This document shows positions 1 to 13,540 of a stretch of 64,000 nucleotides of DNA, in pieces. The translations under genes and the position numbers were made by a program. The stretch lies in NCBI GenBank assembly GCA_030390025.1, contig CM059433.1:1426001-1490000 (forward strand), in the 5' to 3' direction. The notes under the pieces are model-generated. The model was given only the letters and a program-made list of their open reading frames with translations. It was not told where the DNA came from and made no database searches. This stretch comes from Squalus acanthias. Its lineage: Eukaryota. How positions within the stretch are numbered: position 1 is the first letter of the stretch; every line of letters starts with the position of its first letter.

Positions 1-645
1 CAAGCAATTAGGAAAGCAGATGGTATGTTGGCCTTTATTACAAGAGGATTTGAGTATAAGAGTAAAGATGTCTTACTGCAATTATATAGGGCCCTGGTGA
101 GACCACACCTGGAGTATTGTGTACAGTTTTGGTCTCCTTACCTAAGGAAGGATATACTTGCCATAAAAGGTTCACCAGACTGGTTCCTGGGATTGTCCTA
201 TGAGGAGAGATTGAGTAGACTAGGCCTATATTCTCTAGAGTTTAGAAGAATGAGAGATGATCTCATCGAAACATACAAAATTCTTCCAGGGCTTGACAGG
301 GTAGATGCAGGGACGATGTTTCCCCTGGCTGGGGAGACTAGAACCAGGGGTCACAGTCTCAGAATAAGGGGTAGGCCATTTAGGACTGAGATGAGGAGAA
401 ATTTCTTCACTCAGAGGGTGGTGAATCTTTAGAATTCTCTACCCCAAAGGGCTCTGGAGGCTCAGTCATTGAGTATGTTCAAGATAGAGATCGACAGATT
501 TTTTAATATTAAGGGAATCAAGGGATATGGGATAGTTCAGGAAAGTGGAGATGAGGTAGATGATCAGCCATGATCTTATTGAATGGCGGAGCAGGCTCGA
601 AGGGCCAAATGGCCGACTCCTGCTCCTATTTCTTATGTTCTTATG
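1..645 (+). mobile_element. CR1 (HER1-like) LINE 3' fragment, degenerate ORF2 C-terminus
   Basis: ORF 25-432 has LYRALVRPHLEYCVQFWSP...RRNFFTQRVV; 3' tail GATCAGCCATGATC...TTCTTATGTTCTTATG. Confidence 0.93.
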
Positions 646-2566
646 TAAACAAAAACTTAACAATCTAACTTTATAACACATCCATGTGCTTACCCTTGTG
701 TATCTACAATTGTTTAATCTTTCTCTTCCAACAACTCCTACACCGTGCAACCCCTGTGGCTTCAGCAGAAGTAGAGGCAGACTGCTCATTTCCCTGCTCT
801 GATTGTTTAGATACATTTGGCGGACGTCCTCTGGGTTTTGGAGCCTGTGAGGGCCCCGCAGAAGGCTGCTCCTCCTGCACCTGTGCAGAGGCAGACTCGG
901 CCATCGGGACAGGAGGCAGCATGTGGGGCACTGGCTGAGGGGGCGGGGGGGGCAATGGGGGAGAAGTGGGAGCACTTTGAGCAGAGCCCCCACTTCCATG
1001 TCCCCTCTCACCATTATCTGTCTCATGGCCCACCCACACTTCCCTGCTAGCAAGGAGATGGAGAGCACTTTGCTGCACATCAGTGGGGCCATGAAAGGCC
1101 AAGTCTAGGTTTCTATCCATCCTAAATATGGCTGCATTCAGAGTCTGAAAGCTGTTGATCAGAGCAACCATGCATTTGTTTGTCTGCCGCGTTTGATGCT
1201 CCATGCAGGTGGCCACCCTTTCCATGGACGAACACATCACAGCCATGGCCTGCGACATCATGCTAATCATGCTGGAGATGAACTCTTCCATTCTCCCTAC
1301 AATCGAGCTAATCGCGGCTGGAAAAGCTGCCAGAGCTTCCCGCATTTTCTGCTGATCCTCAACAATCATCCGCTTTGTCGACCGCCCCCGAGGTTCAGCA
1401 TCTTTGTCCAGCTGAGCACCGCTTGGAGCGCCTGCGCCCTCCCATGAGGACTCTCCACTGCTGTGCCTGTCTCCACCATCTGCTCCTGCTCACATGTGAT
1501 GTGTGAGCCACCAGGTGACAACACTACTTTCTGACTTAGTGGACCCACCGACGTGTGTGTATCTGCGCTGGTGCTTGGTGTGCATGGGTCCTGTGATGGT
1601 GCACCCTCAGAGTCCGCGGCCTCCTCTGAGGAGTCGTCTTCCTCCTTTGGCTGGGCTGTGGGGTGGACAATTGATGGGCCTGTAGGAGAGTAAAGACATG
1701 AATTAGAACTGTTATGATAAGAATGCTTTCAGTTACCATTATGCACATGATCATATTTCACTGGCTGCTGACATCAAGTCAACACGTCAAGTGACTGTTG
1801 TATGCCATGTGGCTGTGAGATGTTTGATTCTGTCACCAGGAAGCTGGGAGCTCCCCGTCTCTCCATCTCCCACCACCAGCAGCTCCGCAGCGCGGCTCAG
1901 CTCCAGCGCCTCCTCCTCTGATGAAGTGAGCGGTTTCCTGACCGGAGGGCCACCTCCGGGAGTTCTCTGTCTCTCCCGGGTGTTCTGTGCTCTCTTCTCC
2001 TGCCAGGAGGGAAACAAGAGACCTTTGAGTGAGAGTCACGGAATGAATGGAAGGGATGGATGGACAACATCTGTTGAGGGTGACTATGAGGGAGAGGCGT
2101 AACATTGCATTAAGATGAGGGTGAGTGTCAGTGGTGGATGGTCAGATGGGGATGTGAGTAAGTGCCTAGACAGAGGGATGGGTGCACCTGCAAGGTAGGT
2201 TGGTGTGAGGAGTGATGTGGGGTGACACACACATCAGGATGTAGGGCAATATGGCATTGTACGCACATTTTCCTGACCTCATGAGGTTGTTAAAGTGTTT
2301 TTGACACTGTATCCAGGTCCTGCCTACCACACTCCTGCTGCTCACTTCTTCCAAGATCTCCAGCCATGCCTCCTTTGTCAGGCCAGCTGGCCTCTTCCTC
2401 CCGTCAGCAGGGAAGAGGAGGAGGTTGCGGTGACTTTGTTAAAAAGCCCCCACTGTAAAACGCACTTCTCCAACTTCCGGGTTCCCGCCGTGATCCATGG
2501 GCGACCCTATCCCCTCCCCCCAGCACCACCTGCTGCCATCGAGACACAAAGGTAAAAATTCAGCCC
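646..2566 (-). mobile_element. Harbinger/PIF-derived element carrying a disrupted, spliced Myb/SANT-like accessory gene
   Basis: Myb/SANT-like W..I.EEV...RTWIQCQKHFNNL at ~2270-2400; exon 1999-1837 (GGGPP motif) with AG/GT boundaries; last exon from 1679 to stop at 704 with PRGRP and KRKIK; terminal AAAATTCAGCCC at 2555-2566. Confidence 0.8.
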
Positions 2567-2907
2567 GAGAGTCTGCTTCCTATTGTGGTGCTTCAGGAAT
2601 TAAAGTTTTAACAGGACATCAAAGGGAAACTATGGAAAGGTTGGGAATGTAGTGCCAAGTGGAAATTAATTTGGGCTGTACAAATTGGTGCTGGATAAGT
2701 AAAGTAGTATGCTGTGTAAGTTGAATATTTTCAAAGAATGCATATTGAAATGACAGAAACAGCTGAGAATCACTAAAATAGATCAATTTTTAGTCATTTT
2801 CTAAATGATACACGATGCTTACATGCATTCTGAGGATATGCTTTGTACTGTGTTCATGCTGCAGATTTCACACTTATGACACTTATCACAGGTATGAGAA
2901 TGATTTA

Positions 2908-3564
2908 CACTTTTTCAAGGAGGCTTTGAGAGTGTCCTTGAAGCGTTTCCTCTGCCCACCTGGGGCTCTCTTGCCGTGCCGGAGCTCCGAGTAGAGCGCT
3001 TGTTTTGGGAGTCGCGTATCGGGCATGCGGACAATGTGACCCGTCCATCGGAGCTGATCGAGCGTGGTCAAAGCTTCGATGCTGGGGATGTTGGCCTGAG
3101 CGAGAACGCTGACGTTGGTGCGCCTATCCTGCCAATGGATTTGCAGGATCTTGCGGAGGCAGCGTTGGTGGTAACTCTCCAATGCTTTGAGGTGCCTGCT
3201 GTACATGGTCCATGTCTCTGAGGCATACAGCAGGGCGGGTATCAGTGCTGCTCCTTGAAAAAGTGGAACATCCTCACCGACACCTGGGAATCCCTGGCCC
3301 AAGACCGCACAAAGTGGAGGAGAAGCAGCCGGGAAGGCGCCGAACACCTCGAGTCTCTTCGCCGGGAGCGAGCGGAAGCCAAGCGCAGGCAGCGCAAGGA
3401 GCGCACGTTAACCCAAGCACCCCACCCACCCGCCCCTTCAACCACCGTCTGCCCCACCTGTGACAGAGACTGTAGGTCCCGCATTGGACTCATCAGTCAT
3501 CTGCGAACTCATTTTTAGTGTGGAAGCAAGTCATCCTCGGTTCCGAGGGACTGCCTAAGAAGAA
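2908..3564 (+). mobile_element. RTE-clade LINE 3' fragment with inverted 5' part
   Basis: Minus segment YASETW...QLRWTGHIVRM..RLPKQALY; plus segment CPTC...HLRTH; (AAG)n tail; 12-bp TSD GAGAATGATTTA at 2896-2907 and 3565-3576. Confidence 0.9.
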
Positions 3565-3619
3565 GAGAATGATTTATAGTTGTACAGTTCTATATATTAG
3601 GGTACTGATGCTACCTATA

Positions 3620-4700
3620 CTGAGGTAAGACCGAAGCCATCATCTTCAGCCCCTGCTACAAACTCCATACTCTAGCCAGCAATTCCATCCCCCTCTTTGG
3701 CCACTGTCTCAAGTTGAACCAGAGATTGTGCAGCCTCAGCATTCCTCCCGCCCCTGAGCTGTGCTTCTGCCTCCATATCCTCTCCATCACAAAGACCACC
3801 AACCACCACCTCGTTAACATTGCCTGCTTCTGCCCCGCCTCAGCCCATCTGCTGCTGAAACTCTCATCCATGCCTTTTTCTCCTCCAGACTTAACTATTG
3901 CAATGTTTTCCTACCAAGCCTCCCATCCTCCAGCCTGTATAAACTTCGGCTCATCCAAAACCCTGCTGCCCGTGTCCTATCCTGCACCAAGTCCTGCTCA
4001 CCTGTCACCTGTATCCTTGCTGACCTACATTTGCTCCCCATCCCATAATGCCTCCTGTTTAAAATTCTCATCCTTCTGTTTAAATGACTTCATGGCCTCG
4101 CCCCTCCCCATCTCTGTAACCTCCTCCAGCCCGACAAACCCCTCAAACTTTCTGTTCCTCAGACTCCAGCCTTTTGTGCAGACCCCCTGCCCTTTCACCC
4201 CACCATTGGCGGCCGTGCCTTCAGTTGCCTAGACCCCATGTCTGGAATTGCCTGCCTAAGCCGCTCTGCCTCTCTCTCCTCCTTTAACACTCTCCTTAAA
4301 ACTCACCTCTTTGACCAAGCTTTTGGTCACCCACTCCGAATATCTCCTTCATAGAAACATAGAATAGTACAGCACAGAAGGAGGCCATTCGGCCCATCCA
4401 GTCTGCGCTGGCTCTTTCACGAGCTTGGCTTCCATTTATTTCTGATTGCGCGTCTGTGGAGCAACGTTCCCTATCAGCTGCGCGGCCACACAGCCGTGCA
4501 CCTCTGTGCCGGTCCTGCACAGCCTGGGATCGGCTTTTTCAATGTAAAGTTTCACCTATGTGCGCGAAACTGTTAATGGGTCGTGAACCCCTTAAAGGGG
4601 CCGCGCACCCAAAAACAAATAAGAGGGAACATTGCTGTGGAGAGCCTGAGGACATTTTTCTATGTTAGAGGTGCTACATAAATGCAAGTTACCGTTGTTG
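3620..4700 (+). mobile_element. Degenerate L2-like LINE 3' part, interrupted by a CR1 tail (~4350-4423) and a hAT MITE
   Basis: Similar to the other L2 copies (CTCTTTGACCAAGCTTTTGGTCACC; ...ATAAATGCAAGTT tail). Confidence 0.75.
4462..4634. mobile_element. hAT-type MITE (173 bp)
   Basis: TIRs CAACGTTCCCT / AGGGAACATTG; perfect 8-bp TSD CTGTGGAG at 4454-4461 and 4635-4642. Confidence 0.88.
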
Positions 4701-5329
4701 CACGTTGTCATGTTGGGTCAGTTCCTCAAGCAACCAGGAAAAGCCTGTTCCAAAAATTCTTCTCCAGGGCCAAGTTAGAGGCCACAAAAGGATTAGTACT
4801 GTAGCATATACAGTGGCATTTTCATTTTTAAAGATTTTTTTGTAATTCTGCCATCTTGTCATTGCATTGTGTCTGCGGATGAACATGGTGAAGTGTTTTG
4901 TAAAACTCACTGCCTTGATGAATACACCCCTTAGGCTAGAAGTTATTGGACACTTCCAGGTGAAGGCAGCTCACGATTGAATGCTCACTGCAGCTTCAAG
5001 TTGTGATTCTTGCACCTCCCCCACCCCCACCCCCACCCCACCCCCACCAGTTACTTTTTTGCGGAGCACCATTGATTTAAGATAATGGCAGCCTTTAGAC
5101 CCGGCTTTCACAGATCAGATAATGAGGCAATAGAGTCTCTGTGCTTCAACTTCAGCTGCTGATATTGAATACTTAAATTCCACACATCAGCAAACTATTT
5201 CAAATCAAACTGCCCTATTTTTTTCCCCGGAAGCATGCATCATTAATCTGTCACATATGTGCAGTTTTGTGCCGAGGGAATAGGTGCTTGCCTATCTCCA
5301 CGCTTCTTTTATAAGTCAGAACATAGTGA

Positions 5330-5680
5330 ATTGTGAAATTCTCATCCTATTTCCATATTGCCAGCATCCTCCAAATTACAGGACTGCATTGTTCTTAATC
5401 AAACATATGAATTTTTGGATGAATTACAATCTGATAAGCCAGCATCAGTCGGCATTCCATTCCTTTCAATCCACCCAAGCAGTACTCACTGAATTTATTG
5501 AACATATAGATCATGCTTTTGATAAGGGCTGACTTGGAAGGACCATTTTTCTTGATTTAAAGAAAACCATAGTCACAGTAAATCACAACAGTTTGTGTCA
5601 GAAGTTATAGTCCATTGACTTGAGTAAAACTGCAGTAATAGGGTTTCAGCCTTATCGTTCCGATCTGCACCAAATTTTTA
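5330..5680 (+). pseudogene. Ancient LINE reverse transcriptase remnant
   Basis: Translates LISQHQSAF...ST...DKG*...IFLDLKKTIVTVNH..L, a decayed QxGF...FLDLxKAFDxVxH block. Confidence 0.65.
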
Positions 5681-5779
5681 CTCTTTCTGCACATAGTGTG
5701 CTTTTGGCTCGTGCACTACAAGTTCATTTATTTTCAAAAATCTTTTTTACTTCAATTTTTTCCCTCTGATTTTCTCCCC

Positions 5780-6090
5780 TCTTGATTCACCTTTGGAGGA
5801 ATGTCCCACAGGCATCAGCAGTCCTCTGGCCGCTCGTTCAAGTGGCCATTCTTCATGAGTGAGCCTGAACAGTGAATGTCGACAGGCTACTTGATTATAG
5901 TCAATCCCGACCCCACCTTACCAGTCATCGTGCAGGTGAACTTTCAGAAGGAGTTGTTAACTCATGATCAGGATCAGGAATCTTGGCTAATTCTCCCCTA
6001 ATCTGGAACTGCTAAAATCAACTAGTAGTATCTCACTGGTGCCCTGGCTGAGATTTGGTAACTCACCACAGACCAAGGGTTGAACCTGGA
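5780..6090 (-). mobile_element. Ancient tRNA-derived SINE (AmnSINE2-like). Related copies at ~10190-10370, 14780-15650, 24520-24700, 26740-26880, 45050-45250(+), 52170-52345, 53900-54240 and 56685-57240(+)
   Basis: Recurrent motifs CCATTCTTCATG.GTGAGCC, ATCAGGAGCAGGAACC and GCTGAGATCAGCTAACTCAGCACAGAC, plus a reversed B-box; the family name is from memory of the consensus. Confidence 0.6.
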
Positions 6091-7632
6091 ATCATGTCCG
6101 TATTTTTAATGAATACGTCTGATGTGTATTGATAAGCTAAAGTTATCCAACACTAATTTCATGATTATTCATTTTACTTGCACCGTTCCTAGATCGAGCA
6201 GGTCCGATCGGCCGAGCCGTTCCCTGAGCTCTCCCTTCGCTTCTCTCACTTTAAGTATGGCCTCTGGCAGAAAGATTTGCCTGAGTTCACTGCAACCTAG
6301 GGTACCATCTGTCTCTGCAAGCGTTTTTATATTATGCTAAAACAGGTCTTCCTGGCAGTTGGTCTGAGCAAGTCTTGGCAGTTTTACATTTGGTTTACTG
6401 CTGGCTTTGTAAGACCTGTGCTTCAGAAACCCTATGGCACGACCCCTGGTCTCAGACAGTAAAAAGATGTCTCTATAGTCAAGCGAATACTGCAACACTT
6501 TAAACTGTTTCTGGATCTGGGCCTTGGGTCTCCACCCCGTCTGCTTCCCTCTCCTCTGATGTTTGTAGAAAACATATAGAACATAGAACAGTACAGCACA
6601 GTACAGGCCCTTCGGCCCTCGATGTTGTGCTGAGCATTGTCCGAGACCAAGATCAAGCTATCCCACTCCCTATCACTCTGGTGTGCTCCATGTGCTTATC
6701 CAATAACCGCTTGAAAGTTCCTAAAGTGTCCGACTCCACTATCACAGCAGGCAGTCCATTCCACACCCCAACCACTCTCTGAGTAAAGAATCTACCTCGG
6801 ACATCCCTTCTATATCTCCCCCCATGCACCTTATAGTTATGCCCCCTTGTAACAGCTGCCTCTACCCGAGGAAATAGTCTCTGAACATCCACTCTATCTA
6901 TCCCCCTCATCATCTTATAAACCTCTATTAAGTCGCCTCTCATCCTCCTCCGCTCTAAAGAGAAAAGCCCCAACTCCCTCAATCTTTCCTCATAAGACCT
7001 CCCCCCCAAACCAGGCAGCATCCTGGTAAATCTCCTTTGCACTCTTTCCAATGCTTCCACGTCCTTCCTATAGTGAGGTGACCAGAACTGCACACAATAT
7101 TCCAAATGTGGTCTCACCAAGGTCCTGTACAGTTGCAGCATAACCTCACGGTTCTTAAACTCAAACCCTCTGTTAATAAACGCCAACACACCATAGGCCT
7201 TCTTTACTGCTCTATCCACTTGAGTGGCAACCTTCAGAGATCTGTGGATATGAACCCCCAGATCCCTCTGCTCCTCCACGTTCCTCAGAACCCTGCCGTT
7301 GACCCTGTAATCCTTATTCAAATTTGCCCTACCAAAATGAATCACCTCGCACTTATCAGGGTTAAATTCCATCTGCCATTTTTCGGCCCAGCTCTGCATC
7401 CTATCAATGTCTCTTTGCAGCCTACAACTGCCCTCCACCTCATCCACTACTCCACCAATCTTGGTGTCATCAGCAAATTTACTGATCCACCCTTCAGTCC
7501 CCTCCTCCAAGTCATTGATAAAAATCACAAACAGCAGAGGACCCAGCACCGACCCCTGTGGCACACCACTGGTAACTGGTCTCCAGTCCGAAAATGTTCC
7601 ATCCACCACCACCCTCTGCCTTCTATGAGATA

Positions 7633-8451
7633 AAATTGAGAGGTCGCACAACACCAGGTTATAGTCCAACAGTTTTATTTGAAATCACAAGCTTTCGGAG
7701 CTATCGCTCCTTCCTCAGGTGAAGTAAATTGGATACAGAATCGCCAGAGCATATATAGATGGAAAAAAAAGCATGTGTACTTTACAATTGCAGACCAATA
7801 AATTAAATCATCCTGACTATCTGCCGAGGTGTGATAAAGTTAATTAAGTCAGCCAGGAAGGTACCACATCAAAAGACATAGCAAGATACAACTGAGACAA
7901 TGAGGTGTAGTCGCAGGGGTTCCAACGTGTCAAAAGCTGCCGTCTGTATGTAAAACGAAAAGCTTTAAAAAAAATTACTTTTTTACTGGGAAAATTTTTA
8001 CTTTTTTACTGGGAATCACATCTGTGAACAAGCTAACGACGACTCGAGTCCGGATCACGTCATGTATCGTGACATAAACCCAAGATCCCGATTGAGACCG
8101 TCTTCATGAGTGCGGAACTTGGCTATCAGTTTCTGCTCGATGATTTTGCGTTGTCGTGTGTTTCTAAGGTTGCCTTGGAGAACGCTTACCCGCAGATCCG
8201 AGGCTGAATGTCCTTGACTGCTGAAGTGTTCCCCGACTGGGAGGTAACAATCCTGCCTGGCGATTGTTGCGCGGTGCTCGTTCATACGTTGTCTCAGTGT
8301 CTGCATGGTCTCGCCGATGTACCATGCCGCGGTGCATTCTTTCCTGCAACGTATGAGGTAGACAACGTTGGCCGAGTCACATGAGTATGTACCATGTACC
8401 TGGTGGGTAGTGTCCTCACGTGTGATGGTGGTATCTGTGTTGATGATAGTA
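7633..8451 (-). mobile_element. 5'-truncated Penelope-like element (GIY-YIG C-terminus plus 3' UTR)
   Basis: Coding part near-identical to ~32205-32600; 11-bp TSD TCTATGAGATA at 7622-7632 and 8452-8462. Confidence 0.92.
7685..7722 (-). ncRNA. Minimal hammerhead ribozyme motif
   Basis: Minus strand UCAC-CUGAGGA-A-GGAGC(GAUA)GCUCC-GAAA-GCU-U-GUGA. Confidence 0.8.
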
Positions 8452-9264
8452 TCTATGAGATAGCCAGTTACTTATCCAATCGGCCAAATTTCCCTCTATC
8501 CCACAACTCCTTACTTTCTTCATGAGACGACCATGGGGAACCTTATCAAACGCCTTACTAAAATCCATGTATACGACATCAACTGCTCTACCTTCATCTA
8601 CACACTTAGTTACCTCCTCAAAGAATTCAATCAAATTTGTTAGGCAAGACTTACCCTTCACGAATCCGTGTTGACTATCCCTGATTAAGTTGCCCCTTTC
8701 CAAATGGTCATAAATCCTATCCCTCAGGACCTTTTCCATTATCTTACCAACCACCGAAGTAAGACTAACCGGCCTATAATTACCAGGGTCATTCCTATTT
8801 CCTTTCTTGAAGAGAGGAACAACATTCGCCACTCTCCAGTCCTCTGGCACCATTCCCGTGGACAGTGAGGACCCAAAGATCAAAGCCAGAGGCTCTGCAA
8901 TCTCCTCCCTTGCCTCCCAAAGAATCCTAGGATATATCCCATCTGGCCCAGGGGACTTATCGACCCTCAGGTTCTTCAAAATTGCTAAAACATCTTCCCT
9001 CAGAACATCTACCACCTCCAGTCTATCCACCTTTATCACACTCTCATCCTCAAGAACATGGCCCCTCTCCTCGGTGAACACTGACGAAAAGTATTCATTC
9101 ATCACCTCTCCTATCTCTTCTGACTCCATGCACAAGTTCCCACTACTGTTCTTGACCGGCCCTACCCTCACCCTGGTCATAGCTGTCGCTTCTGCTGTTT
9201 CCAATGACTAATTGTGTGTTTAATTTGTTCCTATGATATAATCAGCTCCAATCTGGTCTCATAG

Positions 9265-9855
9265 ATTCAATGAGGAGTGTAGAAGAGCATGCCAGGAGCA
9301 GCACCAGGCGTACCTGAAAATGAGGTGCCAACCTGGTGAAGGTACAACACAGGACTACATGCAAGCTAAACAGCGTAAGCAGCATGCTATAGACAGAGTT
9401 AAGTGATCCTACGACCCGTGGATCAGTTCAAAGCTCTGCAGTCCTACCACATCTAGGCGCGAATGGTGGTGGACAATTAAGCAACTAACAGGAAGAGGAG
9501 GCTCCATGAACATCCCCATCCTCAATGAGGTTTCTTAGACAGCACTCCCCATACCTGCAACCTCCACCACCTAGAAGGACAAGGGCAGCAGGAGCATGGG
9601 AACGCCACCACCTCCAAGTTTCCCTCCAAGTCACACACCATCCTGATTTGGAAGTATATCGCCGTTCCTTCATCGTTGCTGGGTCAAATTCCTGGAACTC
9701 CCTCCCTAACAGCACTGTGGGTGTATCTTCACTACATGTACTGCAGAGGTTCAAGAAGACGGCTCACCACCACCTTCTCAAGGACAACGAGAGATGGGTA
9801 ATAAATGCTGGCCTTGCCAGCGACACCTATATCCCGAGAAGGAATTTTTAAAAAT
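9265..9855 (+). mobile_element. Internally deleted copy of the CR1-group LINE family also at 24.7 kb and 60.2 kb
   Basis: Matches ~61195-61440, then jumps to the 3' end (HHHLLK tail). Confidence 0.85.
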
Positions 9856-12256
9856 GAGATCTCAAAGAGCAAAATAAAATGGGCCTGCGGCATGATCAAA
9901 ATTTCTGTCTCCAATTTCTCCCATGCCATCTTTTCCTGAAGGTGTTGGTTCCCTTGACAGAGTAAAGTTAAATAGGCTGCAGTCATCCACTGAAATTTCA
10001 TCCAAGCAGCTATTATTCAGCAGTGACAGTGAATATTGACAGACTATCCAGCCACAAGGAGCATCACAGCCGGCCATAGAATTACATAGAATTTACAGCA
10101 CAGAAACAGGTCATTCGGTCCAACTGGTCTGTGTTCCACACGAGCCTCTTTCCACCTTACATCATCTAACCCTATCTGCATATCCACGATCCTGTTCTCA
10201 CTGATGTCCATCCACATGCACTTCCAGTGAGTTGTTGTATGACAATCAGAAGTAAGAACCCTAGCAATGTTTCTCTCCCTAATCCAGGGGCACTGAGACT
10301 ATTTATGGTACCCCAACAGCTGCCCCATCTGACACAGTCTAACCCAGCATAAACCTGGGACTTCCCTGGTCATAGAGTCACATAGAGTAATAATGGCACA
10401 GAAGGAGGCCATTCGGCCCATCGAGTCCATGCCGGTGGTCTGAATAGTTCAGGGACACAGCCGTTATCTCTGAACTAACTGAATGGCTGCACGATGTTAA
10501 TTCCTCCACGGTGGATAGTAGCAGATTTACTATTTTTTTTCCCAGTGGCGAATGCACTTCTGTTCAAAATCCTAATTCTCCCCAAAGCAGCAGAATTAAA
10601 AGGTTAAATTGCTGCCAACCAAGAACAGATCCTAGAGGTGAAAGGTCAGTGTTCTAAGTCACTACACCACCCAGTCCCTCCTCTCTAACCTTTGCAGAAG
10701 AATTCTCTTGCAATTCCTCGCTCCGAGGGATGAATGAGTTCATACTTTGGCAGTACAGCCTGAGCCACAGCCACAGCTTGACTCATAGCACAGAGGAATG
10801 TGGATAATGAGTGCTGTCACCTGAGACCACAGTTAGAATTTGTTTTACCTTCAAACGACCATAGCGATTTCTTGATCTCATCTTACCTGTAGGATAATCA
10901 GGACCAGTCAAACAATTAATGGCTTCATTGAACCTGGGCGACATAGACCCCCACAGGATCAGATCTTTTATTTCAATGAGATCTGTCAGTGGCTTGCAAA
11001 CCCTCATCTCCACAAACCTTGTAAAAGACTCCCTTTGTCCATAATCACCAGAGCTGTACTTCACATACACACTGTAAATTCTCTCTTCTGTTACACAATC
11101 TAGCATGGTGGGTAGAGGAAACTCTCATGTAATGTCCTGTGCTATATAATTATGTGTATAATTGGCACTCACCTTGCAATACCTGAATCTCAGGGCAAAC
11201 TGAAAGCAGCACCTGCCTGCATTTGAAGTGAAGTACACACACTTTTATAGTCTCAATTGTACAACTAAATAATTCCGCTATTAATTTACACAGGCTTTAA
11301 AAAGACAATGTTCAACTTAAACGGCATTTTTAGTGAAGTCCTGCTTCGAATTCTGCAATATATGAGGTGCTCAGCTAAGAGGGAGGAGAGTGAGGGAGCC
11401 CTCAAATACATGATTGCATCAGCAGAAGCATGTTATTTTATGGATTATTCAAAGGAACATCAATGTTATTGTTCATGGACAACGATTTCCTCTGATTGCT
11501 ATGTGTTAGCAACAATGTCAAATAACTGGACGATTTCCTAGTTCACTATCTCTGGCAAAATCATAAAAGCATTCTAAAAGAATAAGTATATGTTTTTGCT
11601 AGAAGTATTGATCAGAAGGAATCTCCTCACTGTGTTAATGGAATTACTAATATATAGGAAATCTTTCTCCCTCCCATTTTGCATTGGCAACAGATACTTC
11701 AGTTTGTATTATGTTTCTTAAGATATGCGCATCATTGGGTGACTGCATGCTTGAAACAAGAGTTTCTGACATGAATTTACTTCACTGAAGATCAAGGGCA
11801 GGAAGCTCCTTTTCGAGGAGGAGTTCCCCTCTAAATCTGCTCTGACCTCGACCATTTCTTTGGGTCAGGCCTCATCAGAGATGCACAATGGACTGGATTG
11901 CTACTCCCAGAAGGGAACCCACCAGTATTAATCGTAGAATCTCGAAGGTGCTGCAGTGGGTACGCCACCACAGTGCCAGTAGAACTGGTGAGAGACCTTA
12001 AAGGGATTTAAGTCCTCGAAGGCCAGACCAGCTGAAGGCCTTGGCCAAGCTCGGGGCCTTCAGCAGGTAAGGGCCAGACTGAAGTGAGAGGGCCATTATC
12101 TCCACTTCCCCGGTCCTACCACCACATTTCCCATGATAGCCCCGGGAAGTGGTGGTAACACAGGTGGACAGGAGGGAATCCTAAAGGGACTCTTACCCTA
12201 CCGTCCTATTTCCATTCATGTGCGATGGGCAGGGAAGGAAAGGCAAGCCACAGTCC

Positions 12257-13540
12257 TGAAGGAAGTGGAAAGAATTGTTTAACCAATTTATTGGAGTTCT
12301 TTGAGGAAGTAACATGTGCTGTGGATAAAGGGGAACCGGTGGATGTACTGTACTTAGATTTCCAGAAGGCATTTGATAAGGTGCCACATCAAAGGTTATT
12401 GTGGAAAATAAAAGCTCATGGTGTAGGGGGTAACATATTGGCATGGATAGAAGATTGGCTAGCTAACAGGAAACAGAGAGTAGGCATAAATGGGTCATTT
12501 TCTGGTTGGTAAGATGGTAACGAGTGGTGTGCCACAGGGATCAGTGCTGGGGCCTCAACTTTTTACAATTTATATAAATGACTTGGATGAAGGGACCAAA
12601 GGTATGGTTGCTAAATTTGCTGATGACACAAAGATAAGTAGGAAAGTAAATTGTGAAGAGGACATAAGGAGGCTACAAAGGATATAGATAGGTTAAGTGA
12701 GTGGGCAAAGATCTGGCAAATGGAGTATAATGTGGGAAAATGTGAAATTGTCCATTTTGGCAGGAAGAATAAAAAAGAAGCATATTATCTAAATGGTGAG
12801 AGATTGCAGAGCTCTGAGATGCAGAGGGATCTGGGTGTCCTAGTGCGTGAATCGCAAAAGGTTTGTATGCAGGTACAACAAGTAATTAGGAAAGCTAATA
12901 GAATGTTATCGTTTATTGCGAAGAGAATTGAATACAAAAGTAGTGAGGTTATGCTTCAGTTATACAGGGCATTGGTGAGACCACATCTGGAGTACTGTGT
13001 ACAGTATTGGTCTCCTTATTTAAGGAAGGATGTAAATGCACTGGAAGCAGTTCAGAGAAGGTTTACTAGACTAATACCTGGAATGGGAGGGTTGTCTTAT
13101 GAGGAAAGGTTGGATAGGCTAGGCTTGTATCCGCTGGAGTTTAGAAGGCTAAGAGGTGACTTGATTGAAACATATAAGATCCTGAGGGGTCTGGACAGGG
13201 TGGATGTGGAGAGGATGTTTCCTCTTGTGGGAGAATCTAGAACTAGGGGTCACTGTTTAAAAATAAGGGGTCGCCCATTTAAGACAGAGATGAGGAGAAT
13301 TTTTTTCTCACAGAGGGTCGTGAGTCTTTGGAACTCTCTTCCTCAGAGGGCGGTGGAAGCAGAGTCTTTGAATATTTTTCAGGCAGAGGTAGATAGATTC
13401 TTGGTAAGCAAGGGGGTGAAAGGTTATCGGGGGTAGGCGGGAATGTGGAGTAATCAGATCAGCCATGATCTTATTGAATGGCGGAGCAGGCTCGAAGGGC
13501 CGAAGGCCTACTCCTGCTCCTAATTCGTATGTTCGTATGT
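12257..13540 (+). mobile_element. 5'-truncated CR1 LINE with frameshifts
   Basis: ORFs 12225/12490/12720 with [21 protein letters not shown] and FADD; tail TTCGTATGTTCGTATG. Confidence 0.95.

Larger units (their letters stand above)
6564..9180 (-). mobile_element. Young 5'-truncated CR1 LINE with ORF2 split by a Penelope insertion
   Basis: ORFs 8416-9204 (NYRPVSLTS, DFSKAFDKV) and 6653-7669 ([14 protein letters not shown]) rejoin in frame at WLSHR|RQRVVV once the insert is removed; (TTCTATG)-type tail. Confidence 0.95.

Noticed and set aside
704..2420. Domesticated host MSANTD/NAIF1-like gene
   Set aside because: Frameshifts, a truncated N-terminus, an adjacent TIR and a second divergent copy indicate transposon relics
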